Assembly: GCA_965153285.1 (NCBI GenBank)
Contig: OZ229125.1
DNA: 64,000 bases
Direction: 5' to 3' (one strand)
DNA from: Podarcis tiliguerta
Lineage: Eukaryota
The notes below the pieces were generated by a model. It saw nothing but the letters and a program-made list of their open reading frames with translations, did no database searches and had not been told where the DNA came from. The position numbers and the translations under genes were made by a program. Below are positions 23,357 through 38,220 of this stretch, piece after piece (position 1 is the stretch's first letter; the number at the start of each line of letters is the position of its first letter).

Positions 23357-23714
23357 CAGTGGTGCCCCGCAAGACGAATGCCTCGCAAGACGGAAAACCC
23401 GCAAGACGAAAGGGTTTTCCGTTTTTCGATGCGCTTCGCAGGACGAATTTCTCTATGGGCTTGCTTCGCAAGACGAAAATGCCTTGCGAGTCTTGAGATT
23501 TTTTTTCGCTCCCCACCCCCTTTTTCTAAGCCGCTAAACCGCTAATAGCCTTTTAGCAGCTAATCCGCTAATCCTTTAAGCCGCTAATAGCCGCTAATAG
23601 CCGCTAAACCGCTAATAGCGCTAATCCGCTAATAGGGTTGCTTCGCAAGACGAAAAAACCGCTAGACGAAGAGACTCGCAGAACGAATTAATTTCGTCTT
23701 GCGAGGCATCACTG
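23357..23714. mobile_element. Tigger/pogo-like MITE
   Basis: TA TSDs; TIRs CAGTGGTGCCCCGCAAGACGAA / TTCGTCTTGCGAGGCATCACTG; internal GCAAGACGAA and GCCGCTAA repeats. Confidence 0.92.
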
Positions 23715-24308
23715 TACATTTAAAACAGCATCATGGCACTTTAATTAGTCATGGTGCCCTCCCCCCCCCCAATTACAAAAGCATCCTGGGAAGTGTAGTT
23801 TAAGGGTGTTGAATAGCTGTTCTGGAGGTGCCTATTCCCCTCACAGAACTACAATTCTCAACTCCACAATTAAATAATCCCTCCCTCTTCCCATGGATTT
23901 CTGGGAGTTGTAGGCCTGTGAGGGGAATCAGAGTCTCCTCATACGTAACTCTTCCCCTGCATGCGAAGACAGGCTCTGGTCAAAGGAGCAGACAAGACCA
24001 GGAGTAGCTCCAACAGTCAAGAAAGCGGTTTCTGCACACGCTGTAGAGGGAAGTGAGGGGAAGGGGGGAGCAAGGAAGCAGCTGCCCCCCCCAAACAAGT
24101 AAATAAATAAAAACACCTAACTAAAAGTAGAAATTGTGGAAAGATTTTGACAGATTTTCCTGAGCGTTTGGGGTCAAAAGAAAGTCATTTAAAACAACTG
24201 TTGCTGAGATTTGGCAGAAATCAATAAAACAAGTTTTGGGGGCAGGGAGTCAGCTCACTAGAGTGATATTAAAACGTTGCACTTTCCTCTTCCTCCTCCT
24301 CCATCTAG

Positions 24309-24413
<105 letters not shown>

Positions 24414-24789
24414 TAAGTACCAGCCCTTAATGCTCTGCTTAAACTCTAGCGTGAAAGATCTGAGTCTCATTTGAGACTGGGTGCCATTCCACACACTTAG
24501 ATTTGCCACTGGGATTGTTCAACCAGCAAGGAGCTAGTCCTGGCCATTTCTGAGTGTCATTCCCACATTACACTTTTAGATAATCTTTTCTCTCTCTTCC
24601 CCTCCCCACTGCACACAGGTTAGCACAGTGTCCCCACTGGAAGTTGTTATCCTTCTAGGTACACACTTCAGACAAGCTTAAGCGTACACCTGAATCAAAA
24701 CAAAAATCATGCTCAAAGAACCTTTGGTGACTTTCATCAGAGAGAGTTTGATGTCAAACAGTGAGACCCAGGCGGCTGATACTTTCGGT

Positions 24790-25680
24790 ATACATAATCA
24801 ATAATAACATATTCAAATCAACCATATGTACAATTTTATATACATTAACACTTCTCCATCCACAAGGTTTATTTAACTTTTAACATTTTAATGGCCCCAA
24901 ATTGTTCAAACCTACCCAAATAATTCAATATCTTCTCAAACCAATCCTCCTCTTTCTCACTGACCTGAAACCCTTTCATGCTATATCTTCACAGTTACTG
25001 TAGATATTCTAAAATTATAATATTATTCAGTTTTTTTCCTCCATTGGTTCACCCCAGCTCTTCTGCATTTTTCCAATTACTCGCTATAACCTGTCTGGCT
25101 GCAGTCACCATCAATTTTACCCATTTACATTCCTCTTTTGTTTTTAACTTGGTACTACTCAGACTAATGGGACGCGGGTGGCGCTGTGGGTTAAAGCCTC
25201 AGTGCCTAGGGCTTGCCGATCGAAAGGTTGGCGGTTCGAATCCCCGCGGCGGGGTGCGCTCCCGCTGTTCGGTCCCAGCGCCTGCCAACCTAGCAGTTCG
25301 AAAGCACCCCTGGTGCAAGTAGATAAATAGGGACCGCTTACTAGCGGGAAGGTAAACGGCGTTTCCGTGTGCAGCTCTGGCTCGCCAGAGCAGCGATGTC
25401 ACGCTGGCCACGTGACCCGGAAGTGTCTTCGGACAGCGCTGGCCCTTGGCCTCTAGAGTGAGATGGGCGCACAACCCTAGAGTCTGTCAAGACTGGCCCG
25501 TACGGGCAGGGGTACCTTTACCTTTACCTTACTCAGACTAATAAGAACCATTAATTTAGATAGTCCCACCTTCCTACCCACAATTCCCGATATTTCTATA
25601 CCAATCTGTTTCCAAAATTCATTAACTAACGGACAATCCCACCACATATGACTGTATGTTCCCATCACTCCACATTTCCT
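24790..25680 (-). mobile_element. L1/Tx1-like ORF2 3' remnant interrupted by a Sauria SINE
   Basis: GTYSHMWWDCPLVNEFWKQI (HxWWxC motif of L1-clade ORF2); continues past the SINE as AARQVIASNWK; boundaries approximate. Confidence 0.7.
25169..25529 (+). mobile_element. Full-length Sauria SINE, 13-bp TSD
   Basis: GGGACGCGGGTGGCGCTG head, (ACCTTT)n tail; TSD TACTCAGACTAAT at 25156-25168 and 25530-25542. Confidence 0.93.
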
Positions 25681-26131
25681 GATTTTATTTTATTTATTTT
25701 TTTATTGCATCAACATCCAACTTTTTCTCTCTCTAAGGAGTTCAAGGTGGCATCCCTTGTTCTCTCTGCTGCTCATTTAATCCTCACAACCACCCTGTGA
25801 GGTAGGCTAGGCTGAGGGGAATGACTGGCCCAAGGCCACTCAGGGAACTTCATGACCAAGTTGCTGGACTCACAGATTCTATGCTGACACTCTAGCAGGA
25901 CACCACACTGGCTTATGGGGAACCCTTTGTGTAAAGGGAGATTAACCCCTGAAAGGCGGACAAGAGCTTAATTTGCAAATGGGTTGCTGAGATACTTCAG
26001 ATGGGCCTTTGGCAACAGGCTTCTCTTGCCTATACATTTTTCTCTGGAAAGAGTTAATGGGGGTGGGAGGGTCTGAGGCCAACTTGTCTGCATGAGAAGT
26101 ACTCATCCCGCAAAAAACACTGTGGAGGTAA

Positions 26132-26245
<114 letters not shown>

Positions 26246-27673
26246 TAAAGATTGCTTTTGGAAATCAACTTAAGGGAAGAATTGCTTTCCTTCTAGAACA
26301 TGAAATTTCCTCGATGACAACACAGGACATTTAGAGCAGCCATGGGGACCCCGGATGTTGTGGGCCTGATCAATCTAAATCCCTGATGCAGAGGAACTGA
26401 TTTTAGGACATTTATTATGGGCAGCCTTTACAACATGATACGTACGTACGCAAACACGCATCCAGGGTGTGGGGTCCCCAACTGAGTCTTCTTCGATCCA
26501 GGTGACACGAAGCCTCATTTCAGCCCTGCTCATAGACCATCCTCTCCTGGGGATTTGCATACCCACCAGCCCAGCATGTGGGGGATGGGGAGGAAGGAAG
26601 GGGGGCTGACCGTCTCCTTGGCTCTGCTCAAGGGAACGTGGCCCAGAGGATGCGGGCAGCTGGGCCTCGACTGTGGCTTTATCAGCGGGGATATCAAAGG
26701 GCAATAGCTATGATGGCTAACATTGATCTTCAGGTCCATCTACTCTATTCCTCAGAATGCCAGCTGCTGGAGACAATCAGCTGTTGGCTTCCTGTCCTGC
26801 ATGAGGATTTCCCAGAATAATCTGGTTAACTGCTGCTGGGACCATTAGGTTGGACAACTGTGCTGCCTGGGGCTTGATGGGAGTTGCAGTCCAAAACATC
26901 TGGAGGTTTGGAGAAGAGTGGACTAGATGGACTTTTGATGTGATCTCGCTTAGCTGCCTGGAGATCCACCCCCCTCGCTCCCCCTCCCATTAGCTGATTT
27001 TTAAATGGAATTTCCAAGGCAAATGCAATTATAAACATCCACAGAGCAGATCCCCTCTCCCTTCCCTCTTTGAGCTCCCAAGCAAGCAGCCTGCATTCCA
27101 GCCACGGTTCCATAGACCCAGAGCTGCAACTCTGGAAGGAAGATCAACAGCCTCTGTAGACCAGTCTCCCTCTGTGCAGTGGCTGGCCATGGCTTTCCAG
27201 GGGATTAGATGGGAGTCTTCCCCAGCCATATCTGACGATACTAGGGATTGAGTCTGGGGTCTTTGTAAGCAAAGTACGTGTGGTGCCTCCTCTAAAAACA
27301 AAGGAGGTCTCTAGTCCTCACTGTTCTGAATAAAGGATTGAATTAGATAGAAACTGCTTTCGACAGAGTTAGACCGTTGGCCCATCCACCTGGTTTGGTA
27401 CTGTGCAACCCTGACTGGCAGTGACTCTCTGCCTGGACATATCAGGGGTTGAAGGTGGGTGCAGGAGCAGGTGCTCTACACCTGAGCTATGGGCTCTTCA
27501 CAAAAGAAACAGATGGCAGTCAGAGCCGGAAGCTGCTCAGATAGCTCTTGCTACCTTGCTGCATCTCCTTGTTGCAACTTTTTAATTCTTCAGTCATTAA
27601 TTCTTCAAAATAATGTTTGTGAATGCATCTAGACTCCACCCAGGATGTTCTCTAAGAATATAATCGTGGCTAA

Positions 27674-27922
<249 letters not shown>

Positions 27923-28583
27923 TGAGTGGCCAGAGTTGAGCCTCGAGCCAGGGCAGAGGAACAGGCAGAGACACACCAGGCCAAACAGGAAGCCTTTCAC
28001 CATCCTCCAGTGGCCAACCTAGGGAGATGGTTCCATCTCAGAGCCTCAGGATGCTTGGTCCCTGGGAAGGCATTGCCACCTGCAATTCCGATTGCGTGCT
28101 ACCAGGTGCAGCTGCCCCCTAGAGAAGAAGGTGCCAGTTTCTACCTCCAGTGGCTTGTAGCATAAATTTGTTTTAGGGGGTGCCAACTGCTTTGGGGGCT
28201 CTGGGCATTTGGCATGCTGGGGAAACTCTGGGGTGCAACAGAGAGAGAGAGAGAGAGAGATGCATATTCTATTGGCTGCAATGGAATGCCTCAAGCCTCA
28301 TTTAATTGGGGGAGGGGGACCCTTTGACACACACCCCAGGAAGCTCTTTATGGGCACATGGTGTGCCATGCTGGTGACCGCCTGAGTTATTTGGCCTCTT
28401 CAGTACAAGCCCTGCCCATCCCAATGCATTTGCCTATTGAATCCTTCCTCTAAGGAGGTTGAGACTGTGTTGCGGTGTGGATTTCCTTTAAGCAAGGAGC
28501 GTTGACTTTGTGGACTGCTTCTTCCCTGGTGCAAGGTGGAAACATTTCTCGATAATCGGGTCTTTGGCTGATTGACAATTTAT

Positions 28584-28838
28584 AGCCAGCGTGGTGTAGT
28601 GGTTAAGAGCGGTGGACTCGTAATCTGGTGAACCGGGTTCACGTCTCCGCTCCTCCACATGCAGCTGCTGGGTGACCTTGGGCCAGTCACACTTCTCTGA
28701 AGTCTCTCAGCCCCACTCACCTCACAGAGTGTTTGTTGTGGGGAAGGAAGGGAAATGAGAATGTTAGCCGCTTTGAGACTCCTTCAGGTAGTGATAAAGC
28801 GGGATATCAAATCCAAACTCTTCTTCTCTTCTTCTTCT
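28584..28838 (+). mobile_element. tRNA-derived SINE (Squam3-like), HPD intron 10
   Basis: Near-identical to 14936-15195. Confidence 0.85.
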
Positions 28839-29441
28839 ATATCCTTTTAAATGTGTTTATGGGAGGGGGTTATTGGTTTGATTTTGTTTTATTAGGTATT
28901 TTGTGTTCTCATCTTGTATTTTTATGCTGTAAACTGCATGTGATTTTAAGATGAGGGCTGTGTGTGTGTGTTTGATTTGATTTTTTAAAAAATCCACAAT
29001 ACGGTAAAAATTTCCTGTACTGTGAAAATACAAAAGAATCTGACTAGAGCAGCTGTCATTAGTGATGGCCATGTAGAGATTCATCAAAACAGTGGTAAGA
29101 GCACATGTTCCCACCCCACCACTCTGGGTAAACCCTGTTTATTCCTCCCGTGTTTGGATGCAGTGAGACAAGTGCTAATCACAATGCAATCCAGCACACT
29201 TCTGCTCAGAAATAAGACCCACTGAGTTCCATGGAGCATACTCCCAAGTAAGTGTGTCAAGGATTACAGCCTAGGATTACAAGAGGGTAAGGCAGGAGAT
29301 GAAGGCTGTTAAGGACTACTACCCACAATGACGTATTTTTCTCTCCTCCCCTCAAGGTGGTCTACAAAGTTCTCCCTCTTCTCACTTAATCCCCACAACA
29401 GTCTTGCTAGGTTGAGGTCGCAAAGTGAGCTTCATGGCTGA

Positions 29442-29657
<216 letters not shown>

Positions 29658-29675
29658 TGATCAGTCTACCAGTAA

Positions 29676-29918
<243 letters not shown>

Positions 29919-30629
29919 TAGACTGGGACTTCATCATGCAGTGCATTGTTAAACTATGGAACTTGCTGCCACAGGAGGCAGCGATGGCCATCAACTTGGG
30001 TGGCTTTAAAAGAGGATGGGACAAATTCAGCGGCTACTAGTCCTGGGGGCTGAACAGGAGGCTGAACTAGATGGCCCATTGGCCTGATGAAACAGGGTTT
30101 TCTTATGTTCTTACCAACTGGCGAGGCATGAAGTCAAATCCCTACTCATCTATGAAGCTTGGTGGGTGACCTTGAAATAACCACTAGTTCCAAGTTGTGG
30201 TGGGAGCAAAACAGAAAGGTTAAGAACCAGATACTCCCCTTGGAGGATCTTGGATAGAAATACAATACAAATGCAACCAAATACTTTAGCAGCTGCTCAA
30301 CTTGATGAGTTTCACATTGGGAAGGGGGTTGTGGCAGTTCCCATGTAATGTGCAAGACCACCAACCTTTAAGGTGGGGCTGGCTATCCTGTGACCCCCCT
30401 CCCAAGGCCCTTGGACTCCAAGCTCTCACCAGCCCCAGCCAGCATGGCCCAACGCTGGAGATGGAGTCCAGCAACATCTGGAGAGCCACAGGTGAACCCC
30501 ATACCAGCTTTGAGGGCATCACTTCCTGGTGCAGCTGGCGTTCTCCATGACCCTTTCCCTCTGCAGGGAGGTGGGACTGATTTGGATGGTCAGACTCCGC
30601 CACTTAATGGATCCAAATGGTTTCCAAAG

Positions 30630-32312
<1,683 letters not shown>

Positions 32313-32458
32313 TAAGGCACAAAAGGGACTCAACTTGGATAATCCAGATGCTGTATTGCAACCACTAGAATGAGCTGTTGGCCAGACTTTACTATGCTGC
32401 AGTAATTGTCAGAGGGTAATGTGGCTTGCAGGCCAGATGATCTGAGCAACCAGTAGGG

Positions 32459-32592
32459 CAGGCATAGGCAAACTTTGCCCTCCAGATGTTTTGAGACTAG
32501 TTTCCATCATCCCTGACCACTGGTCCTGTTAGCTAGGGATGATGGGAGTTGTAGTCCCAAAACATCTGGAGGGCTGAGTTCGCCTATGTCTG
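32459..32592. mobile_element. Short palindromic hAT MITE
   Basis: TSD CAGTAGGG at 32451-32458 and 32593-32600; same family at 59007-59129 and 61058-61192. Confidence 0.88.
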
Positions 32593-33109
32593 CAGTAGGG
32601 GCTTGGCTGACTCTGTGAATAATTATTGTCTCCTCTGTCTGATCAGTTCATTGCTACTAACCTCACTTCCTGCCCCTTGAAAACAGACTACCTGCCTCAC
32701 TTTGGCTAGGTACCTGCCTCTGGCCTTCCCGATTTCTGAGTTTACTGCTCTGGAATTTGGCATTAGTCTACTCTGAACTAGGGACTTAACTCTGTGCCTT
32801 CCAAGTTCCAAGCGGCTGTCTGCAGGTCTGACCCTGACAACCCTTATTCAAAAGACAGGTGGAATAACAACAACAATGTTGCTGGTGTGGCTATTAAGTC
32901 TGAGCTGATGGGAATGCATCATCATCACCATCATGCTTCTGTGTTCATATGAGGCACATTGTGACTGATCTTTGGCTTCTCTGCCGTATCGACCATTCCA
33001 TCTGAGGTGGAGTGGAGATCCCACCTGCCACGGAAGAGAGCTCCAGCTGGGGTATCGGGAAGAAAGTGCTTGCACTATTTACACATTTCTCTCTCTCCTG
33101 CGGCTTTAG

Positions 33110-33220
<111 letters not shown>

Positions 33221-33431
33221 TGCTCAGGAGGAAACAGTATGGATATATACAGAAAGTGGGATGCACTATGCAAGAAAGGATTGGAATAATTCCTCCCAGT
33301 TCAGGCTTTCCTGAAGGTGGTTCTAAAGTCTTCCTTTTTCCCTCCATTGGCTATTTTTTTTATTAAAAAAAATTAATACCATGGGAGCCTTCCTCCATGT
33401 CCACTTTGGAGAGATCCCTCAGGTTGGCTGA

Positions 33432-33437
33432 AATAAA
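33432..33437 (+). terminator. HPD polyadenylation signal
   Basis: AATAAA about 210 nt after the stop, followed by a U/GU-rich tract. Confidence 0.7.
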
Positions 33438-34201
33438 CAAACGAACTTGAATTTTTCTGTTCCTGATCCCAGCATTTGGCATGGCACTTGAAAAAGAACT
33501 GTAACAGCTACAGAGTTTTGGGGCTATGTAAAAACTGCAACTTTTGAGTCATGGAATCAGAGAGTCGCAAGAGACCTCAAAATGAATCAAGTCGAAACCC
33601 CAGGCGATGCACAGGAACCCTTCCTTGTGCCATTTTTGTTGATAGGTGGCTACCTACATGCCACCGAGTGCAGCAGCACCCAGCTGCAAGATCCAAATGC
33701 TCACAAGCCAGTGATAAGTAGCCTTTCCCATTATGGTTTTTGCCCTTGTCCAATGAGGCTCTTGTTATCTGCCATGTCTGGAGAGCAGGGATGGGGAACC
33801 TGGTAGCCTCCAGTTATTCCTGGACCCCAAACTCCCATCAGCCAGTATTGCAAATGGTATGGGATGATGAGCACTGTAGGCTGCCCTACAACAGATGGAG
33901 GACTGCAGGTTCCGCCACCTCCTCTGTAGATGAACTTGGCTTCCCTGAGATTTGCGTAACTTTTGCTCAAAGCCTTTTAAAACTTAGTGGCTACCTTCAC
34001 ATCATTTATTAAAATATTGTTAACCCAGCCTCTGTCCAAAGTTTTCAGGACCAGGTGTACCAATAAGTAAACAAAGCCAGCTACAAGTCAGGATCAGTTA
34101 ATAAAGCAATAAATAATCTTAAAACACAAGCAGTCCTTGTACAACATTATGTTAGATGAATCAACACAATGGTAAGTATGACCTGGCAAATCAACATGGT
34201 A

Positions 34202-34422
34202 CAGTGGAACCTTGACTTACATACGCCTCGTCTTGCGGACGTTCCAAGTTGCGTCCACGGCAAACCCGGAAGTAAACACTGGGTTTGCTGCAATTCGTGC
34301 AAGTGGCTTCTGCCATCTGCACGTGCACAGAAGCAGCCGCACAAGACGTGTCTTCTAGCATCCTGTTTCGACCAGTGGACGGACCTCCAGAATGGATTAT
34401 GTCCGTAGTAGAGGTTCCACTG
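34202..34422. mobile_element. Tigger-like MITE in the HPD-SETD1B intergenic region
   Basis: TA|CAGTGGAACCT ... AGGTTCCACTG|TA. Confidence 0.85.
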
Positions 34423-36279
34423 TATTATGAGAGAGGAAGATGAATTTCTCTATTTACAGCTCCCACAGTGCTTGAGGAATTATATTTTTTTCATACTTCA
34501 GTAAAAAGTGACCCAATCTGTACTTCTTGGACTAACACAAGGATGGGACTTTAGTTATCCGCAGGCTTTTGTGCTTGCCAAAGTGTTATTGGCTAAAAAA
34601 AAATCAGATGTACGTTTCAAGTAAAAAAATGCATTTCAAAATATAAACCCGATCCTGCCTCTTCTAAGGAGCAGGGTGCTTCTCTTCCCCAGAAGAGACA
34701 TGACTAATTTCAGAAGGGCCAGCAGCACACATGCAACTCACTGGCCTCCAATACGATGCTTCCTATTTGAACCAAGCTGCACAGATATCTGCAAAGCTTG
34801 ATGGGCTTCATTGCATATTTTATTTCAATGCACTTCCCCTACCCCAGTCCCTTATCTAGGACAGGAGTAACAAACTGTGACTCCTCAGATATTGCTCATC
34901 CCTGACCATTGGCCATGCTGACTGGGGGCTATTGGGAGTTGGAGTCCAACAGCAGTTGCGAGAACCACAGACTCGCTTAAGGTTAGAGAGGTTAGCTGCA
35001 GTGCTCACCTGCCCACCACACCTGCACAATCCCATCACACCTATCCTGTGCTGTTCTACCTCTTGTATATACTCCACAGTTATACCCTGCTAGGATAAAA
35101 ACTTTTAAAAGGCAAGTTCCTAATCCTTATGGGTGGGCAGTGAAAATACGCTTGTTTAGGATGTAAGCCGTTAAACATATTTTCCTTTCTATATATTAAG
35201 GGCAATGGTTATGTTAGGTCTGTAAATGTTCTCTGCATAAAGATTAGGACATCTTTCAGGCTGGTAGCAACTCATTCTCCAGCTGCCATCAGTTCAGTGG
35301 CCTGAATAGCATGATCTATGTACAAGGCAGAAGTTGCAGCAGCAGGTTCAGGAGAACCCCTAGCTTTGCAGGAATAAAAAAATACTGACGGAACAAGACC
35401 AAAATGGGGAGAAACCCAAAGCAGCTTGGTAAGGACTGAACAAACCCAGTGGCCCCCAGAACGTTAGGATGGAAAGCAATGGGGAGTCTTGTCTGAAGCC
35501 AGGTGCTCCGGAAGAATGCGTGGCTGGCTAGCATTCCGAAACTGAGAACTCCACACCACATTTTGTCACAGGCAACAATAAGAGAACGTATTGGATCTGG
35601 TTGAAAGGTCCACCTGTTTTCCTCACAGCCAGACCCTTCCAGGAAGTTTGAAGCAGAGCGTGAGGGCAGTGGTCCCTCTCCTGTGCATGGCTGGCCCAGG
35701 ATATTCTGAATGACACAATGGACAAGATGGCCCCTTGCTGCAGCCCCAATCTCGGCACTTCAGCAGTTGCTGGCAGTCAATGTCCTCCAGGGCAGAAAGC
35801 AGGCTGAGAGGGCAGAGGCTAAGCCACAGGGCATACATGGCTCTACTTTCCAGTATCTTGCCACTGCTCTGTGTCATCCCAGCTTGCACCACCATAGCTG
35901 GCTGCCTCACAATAATTTATTACTTATATGCCACCCATCTAACTGGGTTGCCCCAGCTACTCTGAGCGGCTCCTAACAAAAAATAGTAAAAACACAACAC
36001 AGCCTTGCTTCTGCCTCCCATTTCCCATGACTAATGTAATGCAAGTATCTCAGAAGCCCATGCAACCATCACGTCATTTCCAGAAGCTCTGCCGTATGTG
36101 AATCTTCTCTTTGACAAAGATGCATGTTCACACATCACATCTTTGTGGATATTTAGGTATTTTCAAATACCAGTTTTGTCTTTCTATGTGCTTCCAGACA
36201 GTCCTCAATAACAATTCCTGGAGCCTAATAAACCAAACACACAGCTCTTCTGTAAGAAAAGTCAGTATATTTATGGTTT

Positions 36280-38179
36280 GCTTTATAAAAGTTACTATAA
36301 TACAATGGTACATAGTATTCAATTCACAAAAAAATTATGAACAAATATTTACAGCATGACATGCCCACAACAAAAGAAAAAACCACGTTCTTCTAAACAA
36401 GGTATACTGAAGACGGAGCACAGAACAGTCCCAAACTTATACAGCTGTTCAAAACAAAAGGGAACAAAAGGTTTAAAAAAATCCCAAATCTCAAAAGCAG
36501 AGATTTAATTTTGTCTTTTTTTGTTTTGTTTTAAGGAACATAAAAAATAGATGCCATTTATTGCAAACCATTTTCCTTGCCCCTTTTAAAGGAGCTCTTT
36601 ATTTTTCACACTGCGAATTAAAAACCGGTATTTTTACAGAATTCAGGTACAAGGACTAAGGTTTTCCCCTCCACAGTGTTTCATTTTAAGAACTAACTCC
36701 CAAATTCATAGTATCCTTTGTTCCCCACCACTGCCTTGTCCCAGAAGCTCCAGTGAGGTGAGAGCTTCATGAGAACAGACAAAGCTTCGGATGAGCAGGA
36801 CTTTGCTGGCTGGCGAAGACCCTGTTCATGTGGAGCAACAGAGAAGCACTGGAGCAGCTTGGAGCTCCAGACCGTGGCTAATGCAATTTCCTTTGTAACC
36901 GCTACAAATACTACGTTGGTAATTGAGAAGGAACGTTATAAAATAAAATTGCCAGGGGAGGGTCAAAGTTATAGATTTGCTTAAATACATTTTAGGTTGT
37001 CATTAATAGACTATACACATTTTCTTGTCTGAAATAAATAGATTTTGCACATTAAGGTATCAGAAAGGCAAATTTTAAAAAGCCTTAACTTGGCAGGGTT
37101 TTTCTTTTAAATCTTCAGCTTCTTAATGCTTCTAGTTTGATCTACGTATTTGACCAAAAAAAAAAAAATATTTTGTACAGAATTTACATTATACATAGCT
37201 TGACACAAGCTGTAAATGGCGCCAGCTCCCCTCCCCCGCCCCAATCTCCCACTCTCTTATTGAGGTCTTGGGCTGACAATCTTTTAAAAAAGAACTCCAA
37301 ACTACAATAGTCACTTTTAACAAATTATTTACATGCTTCTGAAGTACAAAGAAAACAGCCAAAAACATACAAAACAAAAATCAACATGTTTCTACAAGAA
37401 ACAGTGTTTGAAGAGAAGAGTTTGAACGGCTGCTATGCACAGATGATGTGTCCATTTTAAATGTCAAAAGTTCATCTCCCCCACCCTTTAAAAAACTTCT
37501 TATACAGAAATGCACTGAAATGATCCCTGAAAATAGGTCACAAACGACAAAACTGAAACAGCTCTCCATCAGAGTTTACAAATTATTTTCTCCCCCATTG
37601 TATTAATAAGCTGCTTTGACAATATAAATATCTGTCAGAGTGAGACATCACTGGCTCCTTCCAAGATTTAATCTGAAACTGGGAACTAGAGTCAGGGAAA
37701 ATAATTGTATGAAACCAAGCAGGCTGGGACTGAAAGCACAGGAAAGTTCGTTTCTATTTGCTAGATAATACCAGTGTGAAAACTCAATGAAAGTCAAGTT
37801 GAATCCCACACCCACCTTGCCCGGCCCTCCCATTTGGAGTGGACGAGTCAAGGCTTGTGGGTGGGCCGACGAGACTTTGGCACTGCTCTTGGGTGGCTGG
37901 GGTTAGAGTGGAGACCTGTAGGATCAGGATTGTAGCTCTAGACTGGAGCCGTTATTCCTTCCAGAGATCTGCCTCTCTTGTTTTAAGGAACATAAAAATC
38001 CTCCCCTCGTTTGGAGCAGGGACAGAGAAGCTGATCACCTTTGCCCCAAAATTATTTCCTTTCAATGCAGAGCCTTTCAAGGAACAAGAGAATAACTGGA
38101 TCGGGAGCAGTCATAATTTAAAATTCCTACCACGCTTGTGTATATACACGCTTGTGTATATCAAAGAAAACACTTTTGA

Positions 38180-38220
<41 letters not shown>

